DNA from: Waterburya sp.
Lineage (GTDB): Bacteria > Cyanobacteriota > Cyanobacteriia > Cyanobacteriales > Xenococcaceae
DNA: 64,000 bases
NCBI GenBank assembly: GCA_965217895.1
Contig: CBDCJV010000002.1
Location: 384,001-448,000, forward strand
Direction of reading: 5' to 3'
Numbering within the stretch: position 1 is the first letter of the stretch; each line of letters begins with the position of its first letter. Positions 28,685-38,461 of this stretch are shown here, one piece after another. The position numbers were made by a program, and so were the translations under genes. The notes beneath the pieces are model-generated. The model ran no database searches. It saw only the letters and a program-made list of their open reading frames with translations, and had not been told where the DNA came from.

Positions 28685-30676
28685 TTAGACATCATAAATA
28701 TCAGTAATCATTCCTAGCAAAAATGTATTGCCATTCAGGTCTTGAAAACAAGATTTCTTGGTAACAAGTATTTTCTCATTGCCTTCGGCATCAGTAAAAG
28801 GTTCTTCGTCTACTTCCTCAGTGCCTGTTAACATAACCAATTCATCTTTTGCCCAATAAATATCGGCTTGTTCTTGAGAATAAAAATCTGGTTCGGATTT
28901 GCCTAACATTTCAGCTTTGGCATAACCAACAAATTTGCAGTAAGCATCATTAACTAATACCCAACGATGATTGGTATCCTTGACAAAAATAGGGTTGCCA
29001 ATACTATCAAACGCTTTTTCTAAGAAGTCTTTGGCACTTTCTGTTTGCTGTTTTTGTTGGCTGATATCGCTAATATCTTCATAAGAACCAAACAAACCGA
29101 TAATGCGACCATTTTTGTCTTTAAGAGCTAACTTGTTAGTCTTAATATTTTTCATCGAACCATCTTCTTGAATTTGTGATTCTTCATAATTTATTTTGGG
29201 TGTGCCACCAGCCAATATAAGCTCGTCGTCTGCACGATAAAGAGCAGCAGATTTATGCCAACTTAATTGAGAATCATTTTTGCCCATAATTTCTGCTGGC
29301 GAATTTAAGCCCGCATCTTGAGCAAATAATTGATTACAGCCTAAATAATTCAAGTTTATGTCTTTCCAAAATATTCTTTGGGGCAAAGTATCAAAAATCA
29401 AATGCAATAATTGCTGAGATTCTCTTAACTCTTGTTCAGCTTGTTTGCGATCGCTAATATCGCTCATTAAGCCATCCCAAACAATTGAACCATCAACTTG
29501 TTTTTCAGGCTTAGAAGCAGTTTGAATCCACCTTATTTTACCTGAAGGGTTAATTACTCTTCCTTCCCAATGTTTAGGCTGTAAAGTTTGGGCTGACTTT
29601 TGCACGACTTCTTCAAAGGCAGATATATCTTCTGGGTGTATTTGCGACATGAGCAACTCTGGTTGCTGCATTACTTGTTTTGCGCTCAGCTCGCAGATTT
29701 CTTTACAGTCAGAACTAATATAGGGAAAAGAAAAATGACCATCTAGATGCAGCTTAAACTGATAGATAGCTCCTGGTACATTGACAACTAGCCTTTCAAA
29801 ACGAGCTTTACTAAAAGATAGTTGTTTAGTTCTTTTGGCTACAAGAGTTTCTAAGTTTTGGGCTTGCTCTTTTAGTTGTTTTTCTAACTCAGCCCTTTCG
29901 GTAATATCCTCAAAAGTGCCAACAATACCAATAATATTATTGTCAGCATCTCGTAAAACCATTTTATTGGTTCTAAGCCATTTTTGGCTGCTATCAGCCT
30001 GTTGTTGTGGCTCAATGATATTATATGCAGGGGTTTGAGATTCTATTACACGGCGATCGCCTTCTCTAAACCAATCTGCTTCTTCTTTTCTCCAAGGTAA
30101 GTCATAATCTGTTTTTCCTACCAGGGATTTGGGAGAACTACATCCTGCGATCTCGGCAAATATTTTGTTACATCCTAAATATACTGAGTTACGATCTTTC
30201 CAAAAAATAGCTAAGGGCAATTCATCTAATATTGCCTGTAGTTCTACAGTAGATTGTGAAGCTTGAGAATTAGCTGTGGCGTTAGAGTTTATTGGTTCTA
30301 CACTTAATAAAATCAGGCTATTTTCTTCAAGTTCAATTTTGACACCTGATAATTTTACAGCTACAGCTTGTCCATTGGAGTTTAAATAAGCTCGCTCTGC
30401 TTGAAATCTTCCTTGCTGTTCTAAAGTAGTGCGTTCTAAAGATTGAAAATCATGATATTTAGTAGGAGTAATTGCCCAGATATTTAACCCCAAGGTTTCA
30501 ATTACAGTTCTCCCGATTAAGTCAGCAAAAGCTTGATTCGCGTCTAAAATCGTCCCATCTAATTGATAAATAACTTGAGCCGTAGGAGATTTTTTCCACA
30601 AAACTCGATGATATTCTTGATTATTACTTAAGGTGGCTAATGGGTCAGATTTTTGCTGTACCATCGGTAGCTTCAT
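28685..30676 (-). CDS. Multi-PAS/PAC protein (about five PAS domains) with no output domain
   Basis: Repeated IFWKD..YLGCN..FA, GKTDYDL and EDITER/DISDR motifs; ends at GMITDIYDV. Confidence 0.85.
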   Translation of the reverse strand: MKLPMVQQKSDPLATLSNNQEYHRVLWKKSPTAQVIYQLDGTILDANQAFADLIGRTVIETLGLNIWAITPTKYHDFQSLERTTLEQQGRFQAERAYLNSNGQAVAVKLSGVKIELEENSLILLSVEPINSNATANSQASQSTVELQAILDELPLAIFWKDRNSVYLGCNKIFAEIAGCSSPKSLVGKTDYDLPWRKEEADWFREGDRRVIESQTPAYNIIEPQQQADSSQKWLRTNKMVLRDADNNIIGIVGTFEDITERAELEKQLKEQAQNLETLVAKRTKQLSFSKARFERLVVNVPGAIYQFKLHLDGHFSFPYISSDCKEICELSAKQVMQQPELLMSQIHPEDISAFEEVVQKSAQTLQPKHWEGRVINPSGKIRWIQTASKPEKQVDGSIVWDGLMSDISDRKQAEQELRESQQLLHLIFDTLPQRIFWKDINLNYLGCNQLFAQDAGLNSPAEIMGKNDSQLSWHKSAALYRADDELILAGGTPKINYEESQIQEDGSMKNIKTNKLALKDKNGRIIGLFGSYEDISDISQQKQQTESAKDFLEKAFDSIGNPIFVKDTNHRWVLVNDAYCKFVGYAKAEMLGKSEPDFYSQEQADIYWAKDELVMLTGTEEVDEEPFTDAEGNEKILVTKKSCFQDLNGNTFLLGMITDIYDV

Positions 30677-30702
30677 CTTCCTAACTTAATTTAAGGGTGA
30701 CT

Positions 30703-30740
30703 TCAAAAGTCACTTTTAAATAGGTAAAAGTGACTTTTGA
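30703..30740. repeat. Perfect 16-bp inverted repeat in the PAS-gene leader
   Basis: TCAAAAGTCACTTTTA-aatagg-TAAAAGTGACTTTTGA. Confidence 0.75.
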
Positions 30741-30894
30741 TCACAGCGTCTAACAATTTTGGGATTTGTTACTAAAACTGTTAGGGTTAGTGTTCCCCGA
30801 AACATGACGGAAGTTAACAACTAAATATGATCGCGTCGGGTTTCCCAAACTAAGTCGAACAAGCTTGAACAACTATCCTTTATCCCTCATCCCT

Positions 30895-31230
30895 TTAAAG
30901 TCTTAGTTGAGTCTCTAGAATATTGCTATAGGTTTCGTAAGGTTTGCTGCCAAATAAACTTTCTACTACTTCTCCATCACGAAACACTAACACCGCAGGA
31001 ATACTGCGGATACCGTATTTTTTGGCAATGTCTTTGTTTTCGTCAATATCAATTTTAATCACAGTAGCGCGATCGCTGTACTCGGAAGCCAATTGATCGA
31101 TTAATGGTGCAACTACCCGACAAGGGCCACACCAGGTTGCGGTATAGTCAGCGACTACCAGCTTTTCATTACTCAGCAACTGATTAAATTCACCTTCGTT
31201 TGCAAAATTAGCTTTGGTTGTAGAAGTCAT
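30895..31230 (-). CDS. trxA: Thioredoxin
   Basis: WCGPC, IRSIP. Confidence 0.9.
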   Translation of the reverse strand: MTSTTKANFANEGEFNQLLSNEKLVVADYTATWCGPCRVVAPLIDQLASEYSDRATVIKIDIDENKDIAKKYGIRSIPAVLVFRDGEVVESLFGSKPYETYSNILETQLRL

Positions 31231-31365
31231 TTTTTATCTCTCTAATTAATTGGATACTGTGTCTTGAGTTGCTCGACAATTGGGTCTTGATTGTCGCTTA
31301 TCAATAGATTTACTGATACTTTTAATAAAAGAGTAGCATTATCGGTTCTTAGTAAGTGATAAACA

Positions 31366-32169
31366 GTGGACAGCCAAAAATTAAATCAAATTCAGATTTT
31401 AGAAGAATTGTCTCTGAATGCTTTACCAAGTTTGCAACAAATTTTTTATGATGGTTGGATTTTGCGCTTTGCCGAAGGATACACCAAAAGAGCTAATTCC
31501 ATTACTCCTCTTTATTCTGGTTCAGCAGATTTAATTCAGAAAATTCACCGTTGCGAAGAGATTTATCGTGATTTTGCTCTTAAACCAATTTTTCGATTGA
31601 CAAATACTCCTCAAACAAGAACCCTAGATCGAGTTTTAGAAGAATTAGGATATCAAAAAAAAGACAGCGTTAGTGTTCAGATTAAAACTATATCTGACGA
31701 CAATTTATTTACTAAGGATTCTTCTTTAAATATGGTTGGCGATCTGCCTAACAATCTGGCTTCGCTACGCTCTATTACTTTAGAAAATGAACTCTCCCAA
31801 GAGTGGCTAGATCATTTTGTTCACGCTGCTAATTTGCCAATCCAGCACTGGAATACATTGTCTACCATGTTAGACATTATTCCCAATCCTACTGTTTACT
31901 GCTGGTTAAAAGATCGCCATTTTTGTAGCTGTGGGTTTGGAGTTCTAGAAAATAATTATTTGGGGCTGTTTTTTTTACTCACTGCCAAAAAACAGCGTCG
32001 TCAAGGATATGCCAGTCAACTGATTTCGGCGATGTTGGACTGGGGAAAAAGCAACGACGCAAAACAAGCCTATCTTCAGGTAGAAACCGAGAATCAAGCA
32101 GGGATAAATCTGTACAATAAACTTGGGTTTACTGAAGTTTATCAGTATTTTTATCGCCTAAAATTATGA
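31366..32169 (+). CDS. GNAT acetyltransferase
   Basis: GYTKRANS, RRQGYA, YLQVETEN, LYNKLGF. Confidence 0.85.
   Translation: MDSQKLNQIQILEELSLNALPSLQQIFYDGWILRFAEGYTKRANSITPLYSGSADLIQKIHRCEEIYRDFALKPIFRLTNTPQTRTLDRVLEELGYQKKDSVSVQIKTISDDNLFTKDSSLNMVGDLPNNLASLRSITLENELSQEWLDHFVHAANLPIQHWNTLSTMLDIIPNPTVYCWLKDRHFCSCGFGVLENNYLGLFFLLTAKKQRRQGYASQLISAMLDWGKSNDAKQAYLQVETENQAGINLYNKLGFTEVYQYFYRLKL
31744..31767. repeat. 24-nt in-frame insertion splitting a HIP1 site
   Basis: GCGAT[CTGCCTAACAATCTGGCTTCGCTA]CGC. Confidence 0.55.
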
Positions 32170-32375
32170 ACGATTTAACAGCACAGTCTCATATCAAGCT
32201 AGATCAATTTCTCAAATGGCAAGGAATTGCTCAAACTGGAGGAGAAGCCAAAATTATTATTAAACAGGGACAGGTAGAAGTAAATGGAGAAGAAGAGATT
32301 AGAAGAGGACGTAAATTGGTTACTGGCGATCGCGTTACCGTGGCAGGAACAACCCATCGAGTAGAGTTACAGTAA
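32166..32375 (+). CDS. S4-domain RNA-binding protein (YaaA/YbcJ-like)
   Basis: IKLDQFLK, TGGEAK, RRGRKL. Confidence 0.9.
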   Translation: MNDLTAQSHIKLDQFLKWQGIAQTGGEAKIIIKQGQVEVNGEEEIRRGRKLVTGDRVTVAGTTHRVELQ

Positions 32376-32421
32376 GGGCAAACTATCTTCTTCCCAGATT
32401 GTTATTAGAAAATTAATTATT

Positions 32422-32892
32422 ATGCTTAAGCAGGAAATAAAGACTCAAGGTATTGCAGCAGGATGTTTACGCCGTGTACATCATATTGCCTTCAATGTTA
32501 AAGATATGGAAGCATCAAAGTATTTTTATGGCAAAATTTTAGGACTACACGAACTTAAGGGAGAAGAAGTTCCCTCAACCTTAGTTAAATTAGTTGCAGC
32601 AGGAAAAGTAGGCAACTTTAGAACTCCTGACGGTGTAATTCTCGATCTATTTGCCGAACCTGATTTATCACCTCCAGATCCCGATCCAGACAAACAGTTT
32701 ACCCGCGCTAATCATCTGGCTTTTGATATCGATCCACAGCTATTTGATGATGCAGTTACAACCCTAAAAAAGCTTCAAATTCCTATTGCTATAGACGTAG
32801 TAACTCGTCTTACTGGCAGAGGTTTTTATATTTACGATCCTGACGGATTTATGATCGAAATTCGCTGCGATCCTCAAAAACAAAGCAGTTAA
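32422..32892 (+). CDS. VOC/glyoxalase family protein
   Basis: HHIAFNV, HLAF, YIYDPDGFMIE. Confidence 0.88.
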   Translation: MLKQEIKTQGIAAGCLRRVHHIAFNVKDMEASKYFYGKILGLHELKGEEVPSTLVKLVAAGKVGNFRTPDGVILDLFAEPDLSPPDPDPDKQFTRANHLAFDIDPQLFDDAVTTLKKLQIPIAIDVVTRLTGRGFYIYDPDGFMIEIRCDPQKQSS

Positions 32893-32915
32893 AAAAAACG
32901 ACTGCAAAAGCAGTC
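32892..32915 (-). terminator. Intrinsic terminator for rnd
   Basis: GACTGC-AAAA-GCAGTC preceded by an A run on + (U tract on -). Confidence 0.5.
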
Positions 32916-32953
32916 ACTAATTATGAAGTATGAATCAACAGTTGATATTTAAA

Positions 32954-33586
32954 CTATCGATGTTCAAAAACATTTTGATATTGCAATATATCCAAGGTAA
33001 CGAATATGGGAATTGCTTGAAAGCACTGTTGCGCTAATTGATAACGATTTTCTCGTTTTAACATCGTTGTCAGCTTGTCTTTGACATCTAACAGATAGCG
33101 AACATCATTAGCAGCGTAACTATATTGTTCGCCAGAAAGATTCTCTGCATCGCCCCAATCAGAACTTTGAGCTTTTTTATCTAACTCTACTCCCGCTAAC
33201 TCTGTAACCAAACTTTTTAACCCATGACTAGAAGTATAGGTACGAGCTAGCTTACTGGCAATTTTGGTACAGAAAATAGGTGCAGTCTCAATGCCAAAAG
33301 TAACATTAAATTGAGCCACGTCAAAACGAGCATAATGAAAAACTTTAGTAATATCCCATGAAGTCAATAATTTTTGCAAATTAGGAGCGTCGGTTTGTCC
33401 TTTAGCGATGCGAATTGCCGTGACATAACCTTGAGGATCGCATAGCTGCACTAAACACAGGCGATCGCGTCCCAAAACTAAACCCATAGTTTCCGTATCT
33501 ATGGCGATTTCATCAGCAGACATATAGCGAGCTAGAGTGGCTGTATCTAGATCTTCATCACAAACTTGAACGTTTTCTAAAGCCAT
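32954..33586 (-). CDS. rnd: Ribonuclease D-like 3'-5' exonuclease
   Basis: AIDTETMG, FHYARFD, YAANDV. Confidence 0.85.
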   Translation of the reverse strand: MALENVQVCDEDLDTATLARYMSADEIAIDTETMGLVLGRDRLCLVQLCDPQGYVTAIRIAKGQTDAPNLQKLLTSWDITKVFHYARFDVAQFNVTFGIETAPIFCTKIASKLARTYTSSHGLKSLVTELAGVELDKKAQSSDWGDAENLSGEQYSYAANDVRYLLDVKDKLTTMLKRENRYQLAQQCFQAIPIFVTLDILQYQNVFEHR

Positions 33587-33917
33587 ATTTTTAATTTATT
33601 CTCGGATAAAAATTTGAGCGAAGTAGTATTTTCCTAGTTTATTTTTTGCTACTTCAATAACTGTTAAATTATAGTTTCTTACCATGCTTTGTCTAGATTA
33701 AGATACTTGTGGAATTAGGCTATGTCTAAATATTGACAAGTTTTCTGACTGATGTGACGTAAGTTTACTCTGTCTTAAAAGCCGAGTAAAAGTGGATTAG
33801 ATTCAGCATGAAATGGCTTTACCTCAAAACGAACCTAATAATTGTAGAGTTTGGGTGTATGCTTTTCGTTAGGTCACAGATTACTCTATGTTTGTGTAGT
33901 AAACTAATCTGCGATCG

Positions 33918-34772
33918 TTGGTCAGCGTGAGGAGTAGGGAATTAATGGATTTTCGTCAAAGAGCATTAGAAACTCTAAAACAAACTAGCAGGACTTTTTA
34001 TATTCCTATTGCTCGTTTACCAGGAGAGTTACAGGATGCAGTAGCATCAGCTTATCTTTGTATGCGCGCGATCGATGAAGTTGAAGATACTCCTGACCTT
34101 GACAATCAGACCAAAGCCCAGCTTTTACGCAGTATTAGCCTGAGTTTACAAGAAACAACAGATGTTGATTCTTATCAGCGCATTGGGGCGAATTTAGCCG
34201 CTTATAAGGATGTTCTGCCTGAAGTTAGTCTAAATATTGGAAAATGGGCTAGTCTAGCACCAGAAACAATCGCTCCACGGATTTGTGACGCTACGGCAGC
34301 CATGGCAGATCGGATGGCTTATTGGGCAGAGCAAAACTGGACAATTACTACCGAAGCAGATTTAAACCGCTACACTTTTAGCGTTGCTGGGGCGGTAGGC
34401 TTGTTGTTATCAGATCTTTGGGGTTGGTACGATGGTACTCAAACAAATCGAACTCAGGCGATCGCTTTTGGTCGAGGTTTACAGGCAGTTAATATTGTTC
34501 GTAACCGAGAAGAAGATTCTTTAAGAGGAGTTAGCTTTGTGCCTGAAGGCTGGACTAATGAAGATATTCAAGCTTATGCTCGTCGTCAACTTCAACAGGC
34601 TAGTTTATATATTCAAGCATTGCCGAATAATAGTCCTGCTTTGGATTTTTGTCAGATTCCCTATATTTTAGCTAAAGGTACATTAGAGGCGATCGCTTTA
34701 GGCAAGCCTAAACTAAGTCGTCATGATGTTTTGAATTTGGTTGGTAAGCTAACTAAAATTAAATCTGCTTAA
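33918..34772 (+). CDS. Squalene/phytoene synthase family protein (probable squalene synthase)
   Basis: SRTFY, YLCMRAIDEVED, YTFSVAGAVG, GRGLQAVNIVRN. Confidence 0.85.
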   Translation: MVSVRSRELMDFRQRALETLKQTSRTFYIPIARLPGELQDAVASAYLCMRAIDEVEDTPDLDNQTKAQLLRSISLSLQETTDVDSYQRIGANLAAYKDVLPEVSLNIGKWASLAPETIAPRICDATAAMADRMAYWAEQNWTITTEADLNRYTFSVAGAVGLLLSDLWGWYDGTQTNRTQAIAFGRGLQAVNIVRNREEDSLRGVSFVPEGWTNEDIQAYARRQLQQASLYIQALPNNSPALDFCQIPYILAKGTLEAIALGKPKLSRHDVLNLVGKLTKIKSA

Positions 34773-34787
34773 TTAAATAAATAAATT

Positions 34788-34917
34788 AGGGGCGAACGGG
34801 GCCCTTCGGATTCGGCAGTTTGCTTATGTCGGTGAAACCGCAAGTCGAGCGTTCCCTTGCGCCTGACGGCGACGCGGGGTCTCGACCCACCGCAACTGCC
34901 TCACTGTTCGCCCTTAC
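34788..34917. repeat. Four-layer nested palindromic repeat stack between convergent genes
   Basis: GGGCGAAC/GTTCGCCC > GGCAGTTTGC/GCAACTGCC > GTCGAG/CTCGAC > CCCTTGCGCCTGACGGCGACGCGGG. Confidence 0.75.
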
Positions 34918-36767
34918 GATGCTGTAAATCCTAAATAACCTCTGGGGGTAATCATCCAGTTGGCATGATTGCGAGTGGTAGTATTGCCAATAATTACGGT
35001 AGTAAGCATATCGATGGGCTGATCTAACATTTTGTCGAGAGTGGTCAAGATAACCTGTTCATCCTGGCGATAAGCACTCTTGACGATCGCCACAGGGGTA
35101 TCGGGCTGACGATGTTGAGCAAATATTGATTGGGCGGTAACGATTTGTTGAGTGCGCTTTAGAGATCGCGGATTATATAAGGCGGTGATAAAATCTCCGC
35201 TAGCTGCTGCGGTTAATCTTGTCTGAATCATCTTCCAGGGGGTCAATAAGTCGCTAAGGCTAATGGCACAAAAATCGTGCATCAAAGGTGCGCCAACTCT
35301 AGAGGCTGCTGACTGTAAAGCCGAAATTCCTGGGTAGATCTTTACTTGAGGTGTTTGACCATTCCAGCCTCCCGTCTGTAATTCTTCTAGTACTAAACCC
35401 GCCATACCATAGATGCCACAGTCTCCAGAAGAAACCACCGCCACAGTTAAACCCCATTGAGCTAGTTCTATAGCTCTTTTGGCTCGTTGTTGCTCTTGGG
35501 TAATAGGCGAAGCTTCCACTATTTGTCCCGAACGCTTTAGAGATTTAATTAGATCGAGATAGAGAGTGTAGCCAATTACCACGTCAGCTTCGGTGATTGC
35601 AGTCTGGGCTGCGGGAGTAATTTGGTCTAAGTTACCTGGCCCAATGCCGACTAGATATAGCTTTCCTGTTCGTCCAATGTATTCAGTGGTAGCTTGAGCG
35701 ATCGCAATTGTCACCGCACCCGATTGAGCATCTGCTTTGAAGATTTGCTTAGATACTAATAGATTTTCGCCTGCTAAAATAGCAGCAGCTTCGGCAACAC
35801 TGGGAGTCCCTACTTCTTGCTGTACAACTTCTGACGGGGTAGGCACATCTACCTGATTTAACTGTTGGGCATCAAAAGTTTTAAAAACTAAATTGCGTCG
35901 CTGACATACTTCGACAATTCCTTTCTCATCAGCTTTAAGATTAATACTGGCAATTCCCGCGATTGCTTCTGGAGCTAAATGATAGGTTCTACAGGTTTCA
36001 TCAATCGCTTGCTCAATTAATTCTCTTGATGTGCCTCTCTCACAACCAATGCCGAGCCATAATACTTTAGGATGCCACTGTACTTTGGGAAAATCTCCTT
36101 GAGGGGCAAACTTTCTTTTAGTTGAACTAATCCAAATTCGCCCTTGAGGCTGAGTTTCTGCTTGAGCGTCGGCAAATCCAAAGCTAAAGGGATGTTTTGC
36201 GGGTAAATGTTCCCGCCAAAGAATCGAGCCAGCCTCTTGAATTACCTGAACTGTCTCTTGTTTAGCGATCGCTGCCATTACTCCTGTCCAATCTCCTTCT
36301 CCTTTACGCCAACCGTAAGTAAAGCCAAAAGTGTCAATTGCTGGTAATGATTGACTATGGGATGCTCCTGTAATAATTGCGGTTGCACCGATTTGAGTAG
36401 CTACTAATTGAGCTAACAAATCTGCTTGACCCTGATGTCCACTACAAAGACTAATTACATAGTCACCTTGGGCATCAATTACTACTACCGCAGGATCTTC
36501 GACCTTACTTTTGAGTAATGGAGCAATTAATCTTACCACCGCACCAGCAGCCAGGCAAAATATAAATGCCTCATGTTCTGTCCAAATAGATGCTAAATGT
36601 TCTTTAAGAGAGCCTTGGTAATGACGAGAATTGCCTTGCTTTTCTATAGAAGCGGGTAGCCATAATTGCAGACTGGTGCTTTGAGATAAAGGTGTTAATA
36701 TCTGTGCTGCTTGAGGATGAGTGGCGATCGCGGCAATAGAAGTAAACTGACTAAAAGAATTGTCCAA
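34914..36767 (-). CDS. cobJ: CbiG-CobJ(CbiH) fusion, precorrin-3B C17-methyltransferase
   Basis: DPAVVVID, SGHQG, GIGCERG, SVAEAAA; then VGIGPG, SSGDCGIYGMA, ISLSDLLTPW, TPRGY. Confidence 0.92.
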   Translation of the reverse strand: MDNSFSQFTSIAAIATHPQAAQILTPLSQSTSLQLWLPASIEKQGNSRHYQGSLKEHLASIWTEHEAFIFCLAAGAVVRLIAPLLKSKVEDPAVVVIDAQGDYVISLCSGHQGQADLLAQLVATQIGATAIITGASHSQSLPAIDTFGFTYGWRKGEGDWTGVMAAIAKQETVQVIQEAGSILWREHLPAKHPFSFGFADAQAETQPQGRIWISSTKRKFAPQGDFPKVQWHPKVLWLGIGCERGTSRELIEQAIDETCRTYHLAPEAIAGIASINLKADEKGIVEVCQRRNLVFKTFDAQQLNQVDVPTPSEVVQQEVGTPSVAEAAAILAGENLLVSKQIFKADAQSGAVTIAIAQATTEYIGRTGKLYLVGIGPGNLDQITPAAQTAITEADVVIGYTLYLDLIKSLKRSGQIVEASPITQEQQRAKRAIELAQWGLTVAVVSSGDCGIYGMAGLVLEELQTGGWNGQTPQVKIYPGISALQSAASRVGAPLMHDFCAISLSDLLTPWKMIQTRLTAAASGDFITALYNPRSLKRTQQIVTAQSIFAQHRQPDTPVAIVKSAYRQDEQVILTTLDKMLDQPIDMLTTVIIGNTTTRNHANWMITPRGYLGFTAS

Positions 36768-36880
36768 GATGCTTTTTTGACTAGAAACGAACAGACATCA
36801 ACAATATAACAGCCTGAACTACTGAGTTTGTTAAAAGTATTAAAAGATATTTTGAGTCATAATCCGTAAAATGAATCAAC

Positions 36881-36911
36881 AAAGAGGATTTCTCAGTGCG
36901 AAGTCCTCTTT
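36881..36911 (-). terminator. Hairpin after the CDF gene
   Basis: AAAGAGGATTT...AAGTCCTCTTT. Confidence 0.5.
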
Positions 36912-36931
36912 AAAACAATTATTTGAGATAG

Positions 36932-37861
36932 CTATTCGACGATCGCTTTACGTCTAGCAGAAATTGATTTGGCTTCAATAAAGATGTTTTGAATTTCTGT
37001 GTGTTGCTGACGAATCGCAGTTTCTAGACGTTCAACGGCGATCGCCAATTCTCCTGTCTCTAAATCTTCGGCAAATTCTATTTCTAGGTTGAGCAATATT
37101 TCTTGAGGGCCAAAATGCAGAGTCAAAACTTTAATTACCTTATCTACCGCAGGATCTTCGTTGGTGATTTTCCTGATGCTGGCTACTGTCTCAGCACTTG
37201 CACCTTCGCCAATTAACAAACCTTTGCTTTCAGAAGCCAATAAAATTGATACTCCACATAAAATAACGCCGATTACAATTGAAGCAACCCCATCTAAATA
37301 AATGTTGTCCAGCAGATGTCCACTCAAGACACCCAAAAAAGCAACAAATAAACCAATTAAAGCAGCAGTATCTTCAAATAGGATCGTAAAAACCGTAGGA
37401 TCTTTACTAGCGCGAATTGCTTTCCAGAAGTTGCCTTCATTTTTACTGGCTAAAAATTCTTGTAAAGCCACATTCCAGGAATAGCCCTCAAAAATTACCG
37501 CTAACCCCAATACTACATAATTCCAAAAAGGATTAGTTAGTGGTTCAGGATAGCGAACATGATTTATTCCCTCATAAATCGACATTCCACCACCAATGGC
37601 AAAAATAAACAAGGCAACAATCAACGTCCAGAAATAAAGCTCTTGTCCGTAGCCAAAGGGGTGAGAGTCATCTGCTGGCTTCTTACTAAGGCGAATACCT
37701 AATAACAGCAACAGTTCATTGCCCGTATCAACTACAGAGTGAATCCCTTCAGAGAGCATGGCAGAACTACCTGTAATAGAGGCTGCAATGAATTTGATAA
37801 TGGCGATCGCAAAATTCGCAGCCATTGCTGCATAGATTGTTTTTTTGGTCGAACCAGACAT
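36932..37861 (-). CDS. Cation diffusion facilitator transporter
   Basis: SEGIHSVVD, HPFGYG, FEDTAA. Confidence 0.9.
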   Translation of the reverse strand: MSGSTKKTIYAAMAANFAIAIIKFIAASITGSSAMLSEGIHSVVDTGNELLLLLGIRLSKKPADDSHPFGYGQELYFWTLIVALFIFAIGGGMSIYEGINHVRYPEPLTNPFWNYVVLGLAVIFEGYSWNVALQEFLASKNEGNFWKAIRASKDPTVFTILFEDTAALIGLFVAFLGVLSGHLLDNIYLDGVASIVIGVILCGVSILLASESKGLLIGEGASAETVASIRKITNEDPAVDKVIKVLTLHFGPQEILLNLEIEFAEDLETGELAIAVERLETAIRQQHTEIQNIFIEAKSISARRKAIVE

Positions 37862-38461
37862 TAGATATGTAAATACTTATTTAAGAATAGAGCTTGCAAC
37901 TATCTTAAGTCGAAACCCCACAGGTATTCAGGTATTAATGAGACTTAAACAATTATAAAAGTCTAAATAGGGTAAATAAGACTGAAAAGAAGCGATCGCA
38001 GAAATTCGCTTTTACCGCTTCTAGTTCCTCAAATTTTCTAAATTACAAAATAAATTAGATCGAGTAAACATTGTATTTAGATTAGAAAATTATTGCTATC
38101 AAGAAGAATTTAAGCTAATTTTTTATGATATTTCAAGAAAAAATTTACCATAAAACTAAAAAAGCTTGGTTTTGTTTTAAATCAAGCTATCTAATTTGAC
38201 TAGCTTTTTTGCATCGGCAATTTCTTGAAAAAAGCAAATATAAAACTAAGAAATTAAAAAACTGAGAAACAAAAAGTATTTTTTCTACTTATTTACACCT
38301 TTTTTGTATCAGTAATTAAAGTTTTCTACTTTTTTGGGGATTGATTTTCTAGTAATTAAGTTTATAAGATTAAATAATTAAATCCAAAAGTAAGTAACGC
38401 TAACCTGTTTATTCATTATTTTCTAGTTTCGAGATGCTATCTAAATTGAAAATCCAACCTG

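Noticed and set aside
30780..30850. Possible c-di-GMP riboswitch (GGGAAACCCGACGC on the minus strand)
   Set aside because: The P1/P2/P3 pairing and GCAAAC/GCAAAG motifs could not be built; it looks like a repeat fragment
34788..34917. tRNA or cobalamin riboswitch near cobJ
   Set aside because: It lies at the 3' end of cobJ, has no cloverleaf or B12 box, and is explained by nested repeats
34914..36767. CbiG-CobJ fusion
   Set aside because: A usual arrangement in cyanobacteria
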